This document shows, in pieces, positions 19,841 through 31,478 of a stretch of DNA of 64,000 nt. The translations under genes and the position numbers were made by a program. Source of the stretch: an uncultured Actinomycetota bacterium (GTDB lineage Bacteria > Actinomycetota > Actinomycetes > CAVPEL01); NCBI GenBank assembly GCA_963703505.1, contig CAVPEL010000004.1:9216-73215 (forward strand), given 5' to 3'. The notes under the pieces are model-generated. The model made no database searches and was not told where the DNA came from. It worked only from the letters and a program-made list of their open reading frames with translations. The first letter of the stretch is position 1, and every line of letters starts with the position of its first letter.

Positions 19841-20673
19841 GTGAGGGTAGCCACCTGGAACGTCAACTCCGTCAACGCGCGGCTGCCGCGCCTGCACGAG
19901 TGGCTCGATCTCGTGCAACCCGACGTGCTGTGCCTGCAGGAAACCAAGGTCGCGGGCGACGCCTTCCCGGGCGAGGGCGCCGACGCAGCGCGGCTACGAG
20001 GTCGCCGCCCACGGTGACGGACGGTGGAACGGCGTGGCGATCCTCTCCCGCATCGGCCTGCACGATGTGGCATTCGGTTTCGACGGGCAACCCGGCTACG
20101 CACCGCCACCTGACGAGGATGAATCGGCGCTCCTCGACCTGCCGCGCGCTGCCGCGGTCGAGGCGCGGGCCGTGGGTGCGACGTGCGGCCCGCTGCGGGT
20201 GTGGTCGGTCTACGTGCCCAACGGTCGGACACTCACCAGCCCGCACTACGCCTACAAGCTGGAGTGGCTAGCGGCGCTGCGCGATGCCCTGGCACCGGAG
20301 ATCGCCACCGGGGGTCCGTTCGTCGTGACCGGCGACTTCAACATCGCTCCTACCGATCTCGACGTCTGGGATCCCTCGGTCTTCGTGGGCTCAACCCACG
20401 TGACGGACGCCGAACGACAGGCGCTTGCGGACCTTCGCGCGCTTGGCCTGCACGACGTGCGCACCCGCGCGCTGAAATACGACACGCCCTACACCTACTG
20501 GGACTACCGGGCCGGGATGTTCTACAAGAACCAGGGCATGCGGATCGACCTCGTCTACGCGAGCGAGCACGGCGGCGAGCCGGGTGACCGACGCGTACGT
20601 CGACCGCGAGGCGCGAAAGGGAAAGGGGCCGTCCGACCACGCGCCGGTGGTGGTCGACCTCGACCTGGGCTGA
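19841..20673 (+). CDS. xthA: exodeoxyribonuclease III, two frameshifts (~19975 and ~20585)
   Basis: [20 protein letters not shown]...VLCLQETK at the N-terminus and TGDFNIAP...RIDLVYAS...[18 protein letters not shown] at the C-terminus, the latter in a shifted frame. Confidence 0.75.
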
Positions 20674-20787
20674 GGCGATCGTCGTCGAGCGGTGGAAGGA
20701 ATCGGTCATCGCGGTCTAGGTTCGGCCTCAGCACGCACGTGCGTCTGACGTACAGCCGGAAGCCGTGCTCGTGACCGAGGAGACGTC

Positions 20788-22251
20788 ATGGGGCTGCTGG
20801 ACACGTCGACCTGGCACAGCAAGATCTTCTTGGGGGGCACATGGACCGCCGGTTCCGGCGAATCCGACCCGATCATCGAACCTGCCACCGGCTCGACGCT
20901 CGGCCAGACGGGTAGGGCTACTGCCGCAGACGTCGCGAAGGCCGCCGAGCTCGCGTCGAGCGCCCAACGCGCGTGGGCGACGGTGCCCTACCCGGAACGC
21001 GCCGCGGTACTGCGTCGGGCCGGCGACCTGTGGAGCGAGCACGCCGAGGAGATCTCGGTGTGGAACGTGCGGGAGGTAGGGGCGATCCCGCCGATGGCTT
21101 CCTTCGCGCTGCACGTGGCGGCCCAGGAGTGCTACGAGGCCTCGGGGCTGCCGAGCCGCACCTACGGCGAACTCATGCCCAGCGAGGAACCGCGGCTGTC
21201 CCTGGCCCGGCGCAAGCCGGTGGGCGTGGTCGGCGTGATCTCCCCTTTCAACGTTCCGATCATCCTGGGCATTCGATCGGTCGCTCCGGCACTCGCGCTC
21301 GGCAATGCGGTGATCCTCAAGCCCGACCCGCGGACCGTGGTCACGGGAGGCGTCGCGATAGCCCGCATCTTCGAGGAGGCTGGCCTTCCGCCAGGGGTTC
21401 TTCAGATGCTTCCCGGCGGCGTCGAGGTGGGCGAAGCGATGGTCACCCACCCGCTCATCCCGGTCATCTCGTTCACCGGCTCCACCGCCGCCGGCCGCCG
21501 GGTCGGAGAACTGGCCGGCCGCAATCTGAAGCGGGCGCACCTCGAGCTCGGCGGCAACTCGGCGCTGGTCGTCCTTGCGGATGCGGACGTCGACCAAGCC
21601 GTCACCCTCGCTGCGTTCGGGTCGTTCTTCCATCAGGGTCAGGTGTGCATGACCACCGGACGGCACCTCGTGTACGAACGGCTCTACGACGACTTCGTGG
21701 AGCGGCTCGCGGCAAAGGCCAACCACCTCACCGTGGGGAATCCCGCAACGGAGCAGGTCGCGCTGGGTCCGGTGATCGACGCGGGGCAGCGGGACAAGAT
21801 CCACGATCTCGTGTCTGCCAGCGTGGCGGCCGGCGCCCGCGTTGCCGCGGGCGCGGAGTACGACCAGCTCTTCTACCGCGCCACGGTGCTCGCCGATGTG
21901 CCCGTCGAGTCCCCCGCGTTTGCCGAGGAGATCTTCGGACCGGTGGCCCCAGTCGTGAGCTTCTCATCGCTCGACGAGGCGGTCGCGATAGCCACCAAGA
22001 CCGACTACGGGCTCTCCGTCGGCATCGTCACGCGTGACGTGATGAGCGGTCTGGCCCTGGCCGACCGCATGCCGACCGGCATCGTCCACATCAACGACCA
22101 GACCGTGAGCGACGAGGCGAACATCCCCTTCGGAGGGGTCGGCGTCTCCGGCACCGGCTCCCGCTTCGGCGGGCCGGCCGCCAACGTCGACGCCTTCACC
22201 GACACCGCAGTGGGTCACCGTCCGTGGCGAGCCCCCGCAGTACCCGTTCTG
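20788..22251 (+). CDS. NAD(P)-dependent aldehyde dehydrogenase, terminal frameshift near 22207
   Basis: ALDH signatures: the LELGGNSA glutamate site and FFHQGQVCMTTGR catalytic Cys. The true C-terminus ...TQWVTVRGEPPQYPF* is in the adjacent frame. Confidence 0.85.
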
Positions 22252-22323
22252 ACCCACTCACCATCCGGCCCGGACGGACGACCTCAGGAGTGATCACGTC
22301 CGAATGCCTATCCTGGCTCTCCT

Positions 22324-25300
22324 ATGGGGACGTCACCTGCGCCAGCCGAGCTTGGCGACCTACGGAGCCAGCTCGGTGACCTCACGCCCCACGATCAGCA
22401 GCGCCTTCGGCGCCGTCTCGACCGCGCGCACGCGATGCGCAAGCCCGAACTCCGGCAGGCACAGCTCGACGAGGTAGCCGCCCAGATCGCCCGGGCCCGC
22501 GAGCGCATCGAGCAGCGCCGCGCCAGGGTGCCCAAGGTCAGCTATCCCCCGACCTTGCCGGTCAGCCAGAAGAAGGACGACCTGCTTGCCGCGATCCGCG
22601 ACCACCAGGTCGTCATCGTCGCCGGGGAGACCGGCTCGGGCAAGACCACCCAGCTGCCAAAGATCTGCCTGGAGCTGGGTCGCGGGGTCCGCGGACTGAT
22701 CGGGCACACCCAGCCGCGGCGCATCGCGGCGCGCACCGTGGCCGAGCGGATCGCCGAGGAGGTAGGCACCCCGCTGGGCGAAACCGTCGGCTACAAGGTG
22801 CGCTTCACCGACCGGGTCGGCGACGGCACCTACGTCAAGGTGATGACCGACGGCATCCTGCTCGCCGAGACTCTCCGGCGACCGGCTGCTCACGCAGTAC
22901 GACACGCTGATCATCGACGAGGCGCACGAGCGCAGCCTGAACATCGACTTCATCCTCGGCTACCTCAAGCAGCTGCTGGTGAAGCGGCCCGACCTGAAGG
23001 TGATCATCACCTCCGCGACCATCGACACGGACCGTTTCGCCCGCCATTTCGACGGCGCGCCGGTGGTCGAGGTCTCCGGCCGCACGTATCCCGTCGAGGT
23101 CCGGTACCGGCCGATCGCCGAGGAAGGCGGGGATGGCGACCGGGACCAGACCCAGGCCATCTGCGACGCCGTGGTCGAGCTGGACGCCGCCGGCCGAGGC
23201 GACATCCTGGTCTTCCTCAGCGGTGAGCGTGAGATCCGCGACACAGCCGACGCGCTCCGCGGGCTACAGCTGCGCGACACCGAGATCGTGCCGCTGTACG
23301 CCCGGTTGTCGGTCGCCGAGCAGCACCGGGTCTTCCAACCGCACAGCGCCCGCCGGGTCGTGCTGGCGACCAACGTCGCGGAGACCTCGCTCACCGTGCC
23401 GGGCATCCGGTACGTCATCGACCCCGGCACCGCCCGGATCTCCCGCTACAGCCACCGGCTCAAGGTGCAGCGGCTCCCCATCGAGGCCATCTCGAAGGCG
23501 TCCGCCCGCCAGCGCACCGGCCGCTGCGGCCGGGTCTCCGAGGGCATCTGCATCCGTCTGTACTCCGAGGAGGACTTCGACGCCCGGCCGGAGTTCACCG
23601 ATCCGGAGATCCTGCGCACCAACCTCGCGTCGGTCATCTTGCAGATGACCGCGCTGGGCCTGGGCGATCTCGGCGCCTTCCCCTTCCTCGACCCGCCGGA
23701 CCGCCGTTCGGTCAGTGCCGGCGTCCAGCTGCTGGAGGAGCTGGGTGCGTTCGCCGCGGCCGGCACGGCTCCGCAGCGGCGGCTGAGCCCGCTCGGTCGC
23801 CAGCTGGCGCAGCTGCCGCTGGACCCACGGCTCGCGCGCATGGTCATCGAGGCCGACCAGGGCGGCTGCCTCGCGGAGGTCGTCATCATCGCCGCCGCCC
23901 TGTCGATTCAGGACCCCCGCGAGCGACCCGCCGACAAGCAACAGGCTGCCGACGAGAAGCACGCGCGCTTCGCCGATCCTCACTCGGACTTCCTTGCCTA
24001 CCTGAACCTCTGGCAGCACGTCCGCGAGCAGCAGCAGGAACTGTCGTCCAGCCAGTTCCGCAAGATGTGCCGGACCGAGTTCCTCAACTACCTGCGCGTC
24101 CGCGAGTGGCAGGACCTCGCCGGCCAGCTCCGCCAGGTCGCCCGCAGCCTCGGTTTCTCGGTCAACGCCACCACCGCCGATCCCGACAACATCCACCGCG
24201 CCCTGCTGGCCGGGCTCCTCTCGCACGTCGGGCTGAAGGACGGCCAGAAGCACGAGTACGCCGGGGCGCGTGGCGTGAAGTTCGCGCTCGCGCCTGGGTC
24301 GGTGCTGTTCAAGAAGCCGCCCGCGTGGGTGATGGTGGCCGAGCTGGTGGAGACGTCCCGGCTGTGGGGCCGGGTGGGCGCCCGCATCGACCCGGAATGG
24401 GCCGAGCGGCTCGCCCCGCACCTGGTGAAGCGGACGTACAGCGAACCGCACTGGGAGGCCAAGCGCGGCTCGGTGGTGGCCTTCGAGAAGGTGACGCTCT
24501 ACGGCATCCCTCTCATCGCGTCACGAAAAGTGGCCTACGGCCAGATCGATCCTGAGCTGTGCCGCGACCTTTTCATCCGCAACGCCCTGGTCGAGGGCGA
24601 CTGGCGGACGCACCACCGCTTCTTCCACGCCAACCGCGCCCTGCTCGAGGAGGTCACCGAGCTCGAGCACCGAGTACGGCGCCGAGACATCGTCGTCGAC
24701 GACGAGACGCTGTACGCCTTCTATGACGAGCGGATCCCCGAAGGCGTCGTCTCCGGACGCCATTTCGACAGCTGGTGGAAGAAGGCCCGCACAGCGACCC
24801 CGGACCTGCTGAGCTACTCCACCTCGCTGCTGGTCAACGACGGTGCGGACCGCATCAACGCGCTCGACTACCCGGACGTCTGGCGCCAAGGCGATCTGGG
24901 CTTTGCCGTCACCTACCAGTTCTCCCCGGGCACCGACACCGACGGCGTCACCGTGCACATCCCGCTGCCCGTACTCAACCGGGTGAGCGAGCACGGATTC
25001 GACTGGCAGGTTCCGGGGCTACGCGAAGAGCTGGTGACCAGGCTCATCAAGTCGCTGCCGAAACCGCTGCGTCGCCATCTCGTACCCGCCCCCGACTGCG
25101 CCCGCGCCGTGCTCGCACGGCTGCAACCGCACGAAGAGCCGCTGCTGGACGCCCTGTCCCGCGAGCTGTACAACCTGCGTGACATCGACGTCCCGCCTGA
25201 CGCCTGGCAGCCGGACCAGATACCCGCCCACCTGAAGATGACGTTCCGCGTGCTCGATGACAACGGCAGCACGCTCGGCGAGGGCAAGGACCTCGCGGTG

Positions 25301-26203
25301 CTGAAGCGGCAGCTCGCCGGCGAGGTGCGTGCCACGATGGCCGAGGTGGCGGGCACGCTCGAACGGCAAGGCTTGCGCGACTGGACCCTCGGCACCCTGC
25401 CCCGCACCTTCGAGCAGCCCTTGGCCGGCCAGTCCGTGCAGGGATACCCCGCGCTCGTGGATACCCAGGACAGCGTCGCGGTCCGGGTGCTCGCCACTGC
25501 CGCCGAGCAGCAGCAGGCGATGTGGCAGGGCACCCGCCGGCTCCTGCAGCTCGCCGTGCCGACCGGAGTCAAGCCCCTGCTGGCGTCGCTGAGCAACGAA
25601 ACGAAGCTGTCCCTCGCCAACAACCCGCACGGCAGCGCAGCCGCCCTCCTCGACGACTGCGTCGCCTGTGCCGTCGACAAGATCATGGAAGAAGCGGGCG
25701 GGCCCGCCTGGGACGAGGACGGCTTCCGCGCCCTGGTCGACGCCACCCGGCCCGCCCTGCCGACGGGGGTCGCTGACGTCGTCACCAACGTTGCCCGCAT
25801 CTTGGCCGCCGCCCACGCGGCCGACAAGAAGGTGCGCACCGTGACGGCGCTCCCGTTCCTTCCCGCCCTGACCGACATCCGAGCTCAGCTGTCCGCCTTG
25901 ATCTACCCGGGGTTCGTGACCGCCACCGGATGGCGCCGGCTGCCCGACGTCGTGCGCTACCTGAAGGCGATCGAACGACGGCTGGACAAGCTGCCAGAGG
26001 ATCCGCACCGGGATGCGGCGCGGATGCGCGATATCGCCCGGGTGCTCCAGGTCGTCGAGGCCCTCCCTCCTGGCGAGGGCGCCCGGCGAATCCGGTGGAT
26101 GGTCGAGGAGCTGCGGGTCAGCTATTTCGCCCAGACCCTCGGCACCGCCTATCCGGTCTCCGAGCAGCGCATCATGCGTGCGGTCGACGAGCTGACGTCG
26201 TAG
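22324..26203 (+). CDS. hrpA: ATP-dependent RNA helicase HrpA (DEAH-box), one frameshift near 22873
   Basis: Walker A (AGETGSGKTT), DEAH (IIDEAHERS), HA2 and OB-fold regions, and an HrpA-specific C-terminal domain. About 1290 aa in total. Confidence 0.85.
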
Positions 26204-26278
26204 CGGCGCGGCGGGCGGCGTAGCGACGGGACCTTCGGCCCTGACGGACACAGCTTCCGAAGCGATATCAAACTGAAC

Positions 26279-27026
26279 ATGACCCTCACCGGCGACCACC
26301 TCGGCCGCCGGCGACGGACGCGGTACCTGCCGTCCGAACACGGCGCGTGGGCCATGCTGCTCGTGCCCTACCTCGTCGGCGTCGCCATCGGCGGGCCAAG
26401 TTGGGTGCACGTGCCGCTGCTGGTCGCGGCGATCGGCGGCTACCTGCTGTCCTTCTACGTGTTTCTGGCAGTCAAGACCCGGAACCTGGCCCGGGTGCGG
26501 CCGCAGATTCGGCTCTACGCGGCCGTGACGGCGCCGGCCGCAGTCGACCGTGCTCGTCGTGCGACCCGAGCTGCTGGTCTTCGCACCGGCGTACGGCGCA
26601 CTTCTCACGGTCAATGCGTGGTTCGCGTCGCGGCGCGCCCAGCGGGCGTTGCTCAATGACCTGTCGTCAGTGCTGCAGGGCTGCCTCTTGGTGCCCGTGT
26701 GCACGGTCGCCGCGGGAGGCACCGCCGCGTCGGCACTCATTCCGTTCCTGGTGGTGCTGCTGTATTTCGTCGGCACCGTCCTCTACGTCAAAACGATGAT
26801 CCGAGAGCGGCGCAACGCGACCTACCTGCACGCGTCGGTCGCGTACCACGCACTCGCCGCCTTCGTCGTTGCTGTGATCGCGTGGCCGTTGGCGGCACTC
26901 TTTGGGTGGTTCCTCGTCCGTTCCGTCCTCCTGCCACGCCGAAGGATGGCGCCCAAACGGGTAGGGATCATCGAGATCGTCAACTCGCTCGCGCTCATTG
27001 CGGTCACCCTGCTCGCCGCGCCGTGA
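26279..27026 (+). CDS. YwiC-like family membrane protein (one frameshift near 26540)
   Basis: N-terminal YLPSEHGAWAMLLVPYLVGV... and multiple TM helices are split across two frames. Confidence 0.5.
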
Positions 27027-27131
27027 AACTGGCCAGTGTGATCTGCATCATGTGACCTTCGGCCCTACGGGCGGTGGCGCCACCACACCTACCTTGGTCA
27101 GCAACGTGCTCCGCCGAGGAGAGGCTGACCG

Positions 27132-28577
27132 GTGCAGGCAGCGCCACAGATCATCCAGGGCGGCATGGGCGTGGGCGTGTCCGGTTGGCGGCTTGCCGCA
27201 GCGGTGGCGCGAGCCGGTGAGCTCGGCGTCGTGTCCGGGGTCGCGCTGGACACGCTGGTTGCACGGCGATTGCAGCGCGGCGACCCGGACGGCGCCGTGC
27301 GCCGTGCTCTGGAGCATCTGCCGGTACCCGGTGTGGCCAAGCGCGTACTCGACCGCTATTTCATCTCGGGCGGCATCCCCGCCGACCGACCATTTCGACC
27401 GGTCCCTCGGCTGGCGCTGCGGCAGACGCAAGCCGCCACCGACCTGGCTGTCGCTGGAACCTTCGTCGAGGTGTTTCTCGCCAAGGAAGGCCATTCCGGC
27501 CGTATTGGCGTGAACTTCCTCGAGAAGGTCCAGCTGGCAACCCCGGCCGCCGCGTACGGCGCGATGCTCGCCGGCGTCGACTACGTCCTGATGGGGGCAG
27601 GTATCCCCGCGGAGATCCCCCACCTGCTCGACCTGCTCGCCACGCACTCGCCGGTCGAGCTCACCGTGACCGTCGACGGGGCCCTGCCCGGTGAGCGCTA
27701 CACGACGCAGCTGGACCCCGCCGCCAGCTGGGTCGCCGGCGGGGCGGCACCGGGTGCGGCTCTGGCCCGGCCGACGTTTCTGGCGATCGTGTCGTCCGCA
27801 GTTCTCGCGCTCTACCTGGCTCGCGACCCAGCGTCACGCCCGGACGGCTTCGTCCTGGAAAGGCCGATGGCCGGGGGACACAGCGCGCCACCCCGCGGCA
27901 AGCTCATTCTCGACGAGGTCGGCGAGCCGGTGTACGGCCCGCGCGATGACATCGACACCGACAAGGTCGCGGCGATCGGGCTTCCCTTCTGGCTCGCCGG
28001 TGGCTGCACCGGCCCGCAGCAGCTGCGCGACGCCCGATCCGCCGGGGCCGCCGGTGTTCAGATTGGATCGGCCTTCGCGTTGTGCCAGGAGTCGGGTCTT
28101 GACGACCCGTTGCGACGCCAGCTGATCGACCAGGCGGTGAGTGACGCTCTCATCGTCCGGAACGAGCCGTTCGCCTCCCCAACCGGGTTTCCCTTCAAGG
28201 TCGCCCAGCTGCCCGACACAGTCAGCGACGAACGGGTGTACGCCGAGCGGCCGCGGTTGTGCGACATCGGCTACCTCCGCACCCCATACCGCAAGGCCAA
28301 CGGCTCGATCGGCTACCACTGCCAGGCCGAGCCGGTGGACACCTATGTGCGCAAGGGCGGGGACCTCGCCGCTACCGAAGGACGCCGGTGCCTGTGCAAC
28401 GGACTGGTCGCCACGATCGGCCTGGGCCAGCACCGCGCTGACGGCTATGCCGAGCCGCCCCTGGTCACCCTCGGGCAAGACGTCGACTTCCTTCGGTACC
28501 TGGTGAAGCCGGACTGTGACGGAGTCGCCGACTACACCGCACAGGACGTCATCGACTACCTCTTGGGGACGGACTGA
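27132..28577 (+). CDS. nitronate monooxygenase (NMO)/2-nitropropane dioxygenase family FMN protein
   Basis: The N-terminal IIQGGMGVGVSGWRLAAAVARAGELGVVSG is the NMO TIM-barrel signature. A GGAGAGG RBS precedes the GTG start. Confidence 0.75.
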   Translation: MQAAPQIIQGGMGVGVSGWRLAAAVARAGELGVVSGVALDTLVARRLQRGDPDGAVRRALEHLPVPGVAKRVLDRYFISGGIPADRPFRPVPRLALRQTQAATDLAVAGTFVEVFLAKEGHSGRIGVNFLEKVQLATPAAAYGAMLAGVDYVLMGAGIPAEIPHLLDLLATHSPVELTVTVDGALPGERYTTQLDPAASWVAGGAAPGAALARPTFLAIVSSAVLALYLARDPASRPDGFVLERPMAGGHSAPPRGKLILDEVGEPVYGPRDDIDTDKVAAIGLPFWLAGGCTGPQQLRDARSAGAAGVQIGSAFALCQESGLDDPLRRQLIDQAVSDALIVRNEPFASPTGFPFKVAQLPDTVSDERVYAERPRLCDIGYLRTPYRKANGSIGYHCQAEPVDTYVRKGGDLAATEGRRCLCNGLVATIGLGQHRADGYAEPPLVTLGQDVDFLRYLVKPDCDGVADYTAQDVIDYLLGTD

Positions 28578-28579
28578 CC

Positions 28580-28990
28580 ATGGCATCGAACCGCGAGACC
28601 ATGCCGCTGATCTACTCCTGCTCGGGCGCTTCCAGCGTCGCCCAGCTGACCAACTGGGTGGCCGTCCAAGTCGACCGGCGTGAGCTCGCCGAGATGTCCT
28701 GCATCGCCGGGGTCGGCGGCGACGTCCCCCAGCTGGTCAAGAAGTCCACCTCTGGGCGGCCGATCATCGCCCTCGACGGCTGCCACCTTGCCTGCGTTCG
28801 CAACAGCCTCGCCAGGCACCGCATCATGCCGGACGTCTACTGGCAGCTGGGTAATCAAGGAATCAAGAAAAGGCTCCACACCGACTTCGACCCTGAGCAG
28901 GCTGCGCGCGTGCTCGAAGAGGTGTCGGCCGAGATCGTCGCGCGCTACCCCGCGGGCACCCAAGACCCATCGGAGGCACTCCCATCATGA
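28580..28990 (+). CDS. DGC domain (putative zinc-binding) protein
   Basis: Conserved Cys pattern: ...LIYSCSGASS...IALDGCHLACV. The start is 3 nt after the NMO stop and the gene overlaps the next by 4 nt. Confidence 0.6.
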   Translation: MASNRETMPLIYSCSGASSVAQLTNWVAVQVDRRELAEMSCIAGVGGDVPQLVKKSTSGRPIIALDGCHLACVRNSLARHRIMPDVYWQLGNQGIKKRLHTDFDPEQAARVLEEVSAEIVARYPAGTQDPSEALPS

Positions 28991-30360
28991 CCTTCCAAAC
29001 GATCATCGAGCCGTTCCGCATCCAGTCTGTCGCCCCCATGCGGATGACCACACCGCAGGATCGACACGACGCTGTTGTCGCCGCTGGTTACAACCTGTTC
29101 AACCTTCATTCGGGCGATGTGCTGATCGACCTGCTTACCGACTCCGGCACCGGGGCGATGAGCCGCGACCAGTGGGCCGCCATCCAGCACGGTGATGAGT
29201 CCTACGCAGGAAGCCCGTCCTACGACATCTTCCGAGACGCCGTGCAGGAACTTTTTCCTTTCACCCACGTGATACCGACCCACCAGGGCCGAGCGGCGGA
29301 GAAGATTCTTTTCACCGTCCTGGGCGGCGCTGGAAAGTTCGTTCCTAACAACACCCATTTCGACACCACCCGGGCCAACGTCGAGTACTCCGGTGCGGTA
29401 GCCGTCGACCTGGTGATCCCCGAGGCACGTGATCCAGCAAACCGGCACCCGTTCAAGGGAAACATGGACATCGCCGCGCTGGATGCCTTCCTCACCACGC
29501 ACGCCGACCAGGTGCCGGTAGTGCTGGTGACCGTGACGAACAACTCCGGTGGCGGCCAACCGGTGAGCCTGGCCAACCTGCACGCAACGCGGGAGGTGTG
29601 CGACCGCCACGGAGTCCCGCTGTTCTTGGACGCCTGCCGGTTCGCCGAGAACGCCTGGTTCATCCGGGAGCGTGAGCCGGGACAGTGCGACCGGGAGGTG
29701 GCCGACATCGTCCGAGAGATGGCGTCGCTCGCCGACGGCATGACGATGAGCGCGAAGAAGGACCCGATGGGCAACATCGGAGGTTGGCTGGCGGTGAATG
29801 ACGACGCCTTGGCCGAAGCGTGCCGCACCCTGCTCATCCTCACCGAAGGCTTCCCCACCTATGGGGGCCTCGCCGGTCGCGACCTCGAGGCAATCGCGCA
29901 GGGCATCAAGGAGGCGGTCGACCACGACTACCTCCGGTACCGGATCCGCTCCACGGCCTACCTCGGCGAGGCGCTCGTGGCGTCCGGCATCGCGGTGGTG
30001 CAACCGATCGGCGGGCACGCCGTCTATCTCGATGCCCGCGCCCTGCTGCCCCATCTGCCGCCCCTGCAGTACCCGGGCCAAGCCCTCGCGGTTGCCCTGT
30101 ACGAGGTTGGCGGTGTCCGGGGCTGCGAGATCGGCACGGTGATGTTCGGCAGGCACCCGGACGGCAGTGAGCTGCCAGCCGCGCTCGACCTGGTCCGGCT
30201 CGCCATCCCGCGCCGCACGTACACCCAAAGCCATCTCGACTATGTCATCGAGGTGTGCCAACAGGTGGCGGCCAAGGCGGGGAGTCTTCCGGGTTACCGC
30301 ATCGTCTCCGAGCCCAACCAGCTGCGTCATTTCACCGCCCGGTTCGAGCCGTTGGGCTGA
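28987..30360 (+). CDS. PLP-dependent beta-eliminating lyase (tyrosine phenol-lyase / tryptophanase family)
   Basis: The full-length protein aligns along its whole length to Tpl/TnaA: EPFRIQSV, IDLLTDSGTGAMS, HVIPTHQGRAAE, NNSGGGQPVS, the PLP lysine in MSAKKD, TEGFPTYGGLAGRD, IPRRTYTQSH, LRHFTARFE. Several blocks (WAAIQHGDESYAGS, FDTTRAN) are closer to Tpl than to TnaA. Confidence 0.85.
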   Translation: MTFQTIIEPFRIQSVAPMRMTTPQDRHDAVVAAGYNLFNLHSGDVLIDLLTDSGTGAMSRDQWAAIQHGDESYAGSPSYDIFRDAVQELFPFTHVIPTHQGRAAEKILFTVLGGAGKFVPNNTHFDTTRANVEYSGAVAVDLVIPEARDPANRHPFKGNMDIAALDAFLTTHADQVPVVLVTVTNNSGGGQPVSLANLHATREVCDRHGVPLFLDACRFAENAWFIREREPGQCDREVADIVREMASLADGMTMSAKKDPMGNIGGWLAVNDDALAEACRTLLILTEGFPTYGGLAGRDLEAIAQGIKEAVDHDYLRYRIRSTAYLGEALVASGIAVVQPIGGHAVYLDARALLPHLPPLQYPGQALAVALYEVGGVRGCEIGTVMFGRHPDGSELPAALDLVRLAIPRRTYTQSHLDYVIEVCQQVAAKAGSLPGYRIVSEPNQLRHFTARFEPLG

Positions 30361-30469
30361 CACGACCTGACGGACGTGGACAGCGCCAACCCCGGGATCA
30401 GGACCTTCGACCCTGCCCGCGGGTGTACCTGCGGCGCACGGTGGAGGAGACAACCAACACACCGAGTGG

Positions 30470-31435
30470 GTGAGCACCATGCCAACGACCCTGTTGGCGA
30501 GAAACCGCCATGACTACGAGGAGCTGGTCACCGCAGCGAGCCAGGCGCCTTCAGTCCACAACACCCAGCCCTGGCGGTTCGTCGTCAGGCACGAGGCGAT
30601 CGAGGTCCACGCCAATCCGGAGCGAGGCCTGCCCACCATCGACCCGCACGGCCGCGAACTGACGATCAGCTGCGGTGCGGCCATCTTCAACCTGCGCGTC
30701 GCCGCCAGCGGTTCCGGTTGGCACGCCCGGGTGCACCTGCTCCCGCATCCAGACGTGCCGTCCCACCTTGCGACGATCGACATGCACGGACCGTGCCGGC
30801 CGCACCGGGACGATCTCGACCTCGTGGACGCCATCTGGCGAAGGCGGACCAACCGTCAACCGTTCAGCTCCACCGCCGTGCCCATCCCCGTGCTGGCTGA
30901 GATGGTCGCGGCCGCGCACGTGGAGGGGTCCTCGCTTCACGTGCTCGACCACGAGGCCGCCGCTCAGTTTCTCAGCATCGCGGCCGCCGCCGACCACACG
31001 CAGCGGGACGACGCCGCGTACCGCGCCGAGCTCCTGGCCTGGACGAGCCGCGATCCGTCGCAAGGCGATGGCGTCCCACGCCAGGCGTTCGGCCCTCGTC
31101 CCGTTGGCGACGGGCTGCCGGTCCGGGACTTCGGTCTTGGTGAACTGGTGCGTCCGACAATGCAATTCGAGGCAGCGCCGTGCATTGCCACTCTCATGAC
31201 GCTGGGCGACAGCAAGAGCGAATGGTTACGAGCCGGGCAAGCCCTGCAACGCGTTCTGCTCACCGCCACCGCGCGCGGAGTCGATGCCTCGTTCATCACA
31301 CAGCCCTTGGAGGTCCCCTGGTTCCGCCCGCTGGTCAGAGCCCCCGGAGTTGTCGGTGCCGCACAGGTGGTTCTCCGTTTCGGGTATGGCCGTCCCGTCC
31401 TGGCCGCCAGCCCACGTCGCCCGAGCGGCGACTGA
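30470..31435 (+). CDS. Acg-family nitroreductase-like FMN-binding protein
   Basis: Double nitroreductase-fold architecture of ~320 aa with APSVHNTQPWRF.. and ...RRTNRQPFS motifs, as in Rv2032/Acg. Confidence 0.7.
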   Translation: MSTMPTTLLARNRHDYEELVTAASQAPSVHNTQPWRFVVRHEAIEVHANPERGLPTIDPHGRELTISCGAAIFNLRVAASGSGWHARVHLLPHPDVPSHLATIDMHGPCRPHRDDLDLVDAIWRRRTNRQPFSSTAVPIPVLAEMVAAAHVEGSSLHVLDHEAAAQFLSIAAAADHTQRDDAAYRAELLAWTSRDPSQGDGVPRQAFGPRPVGDGLPVRDFGLGELVRPTMQFEAAPCIATLMTLGDSKSEWLRAGQALQRVLLTATARGVDASFITQPLEVPWFRPLVRAPGVVGAAQVVLRFGYGRPVLAASPRRPSGD

Positions 31436-31478
31436 ACCACAAGTCTCATCGAGGTCACCGCAGCGGTGCGCGCCCGAT

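Noticed and set aside
25019-26776. 585-aa minus-strand ORF antisense to the hrpA 3' half and the YwiC-like gene
   Set aside because: No domains. It overlaps the well-conserved HrpA C-terminal region and is a GC-skew artefact.
28945-30480. 511-aa minus-strand ORF antisense to the beta-eliminating lyase gene
   Set aside because: The plus-strand lyase is full length and highly conserved. The antisense product is Gly/Arg/Val-rich with no homology signal.
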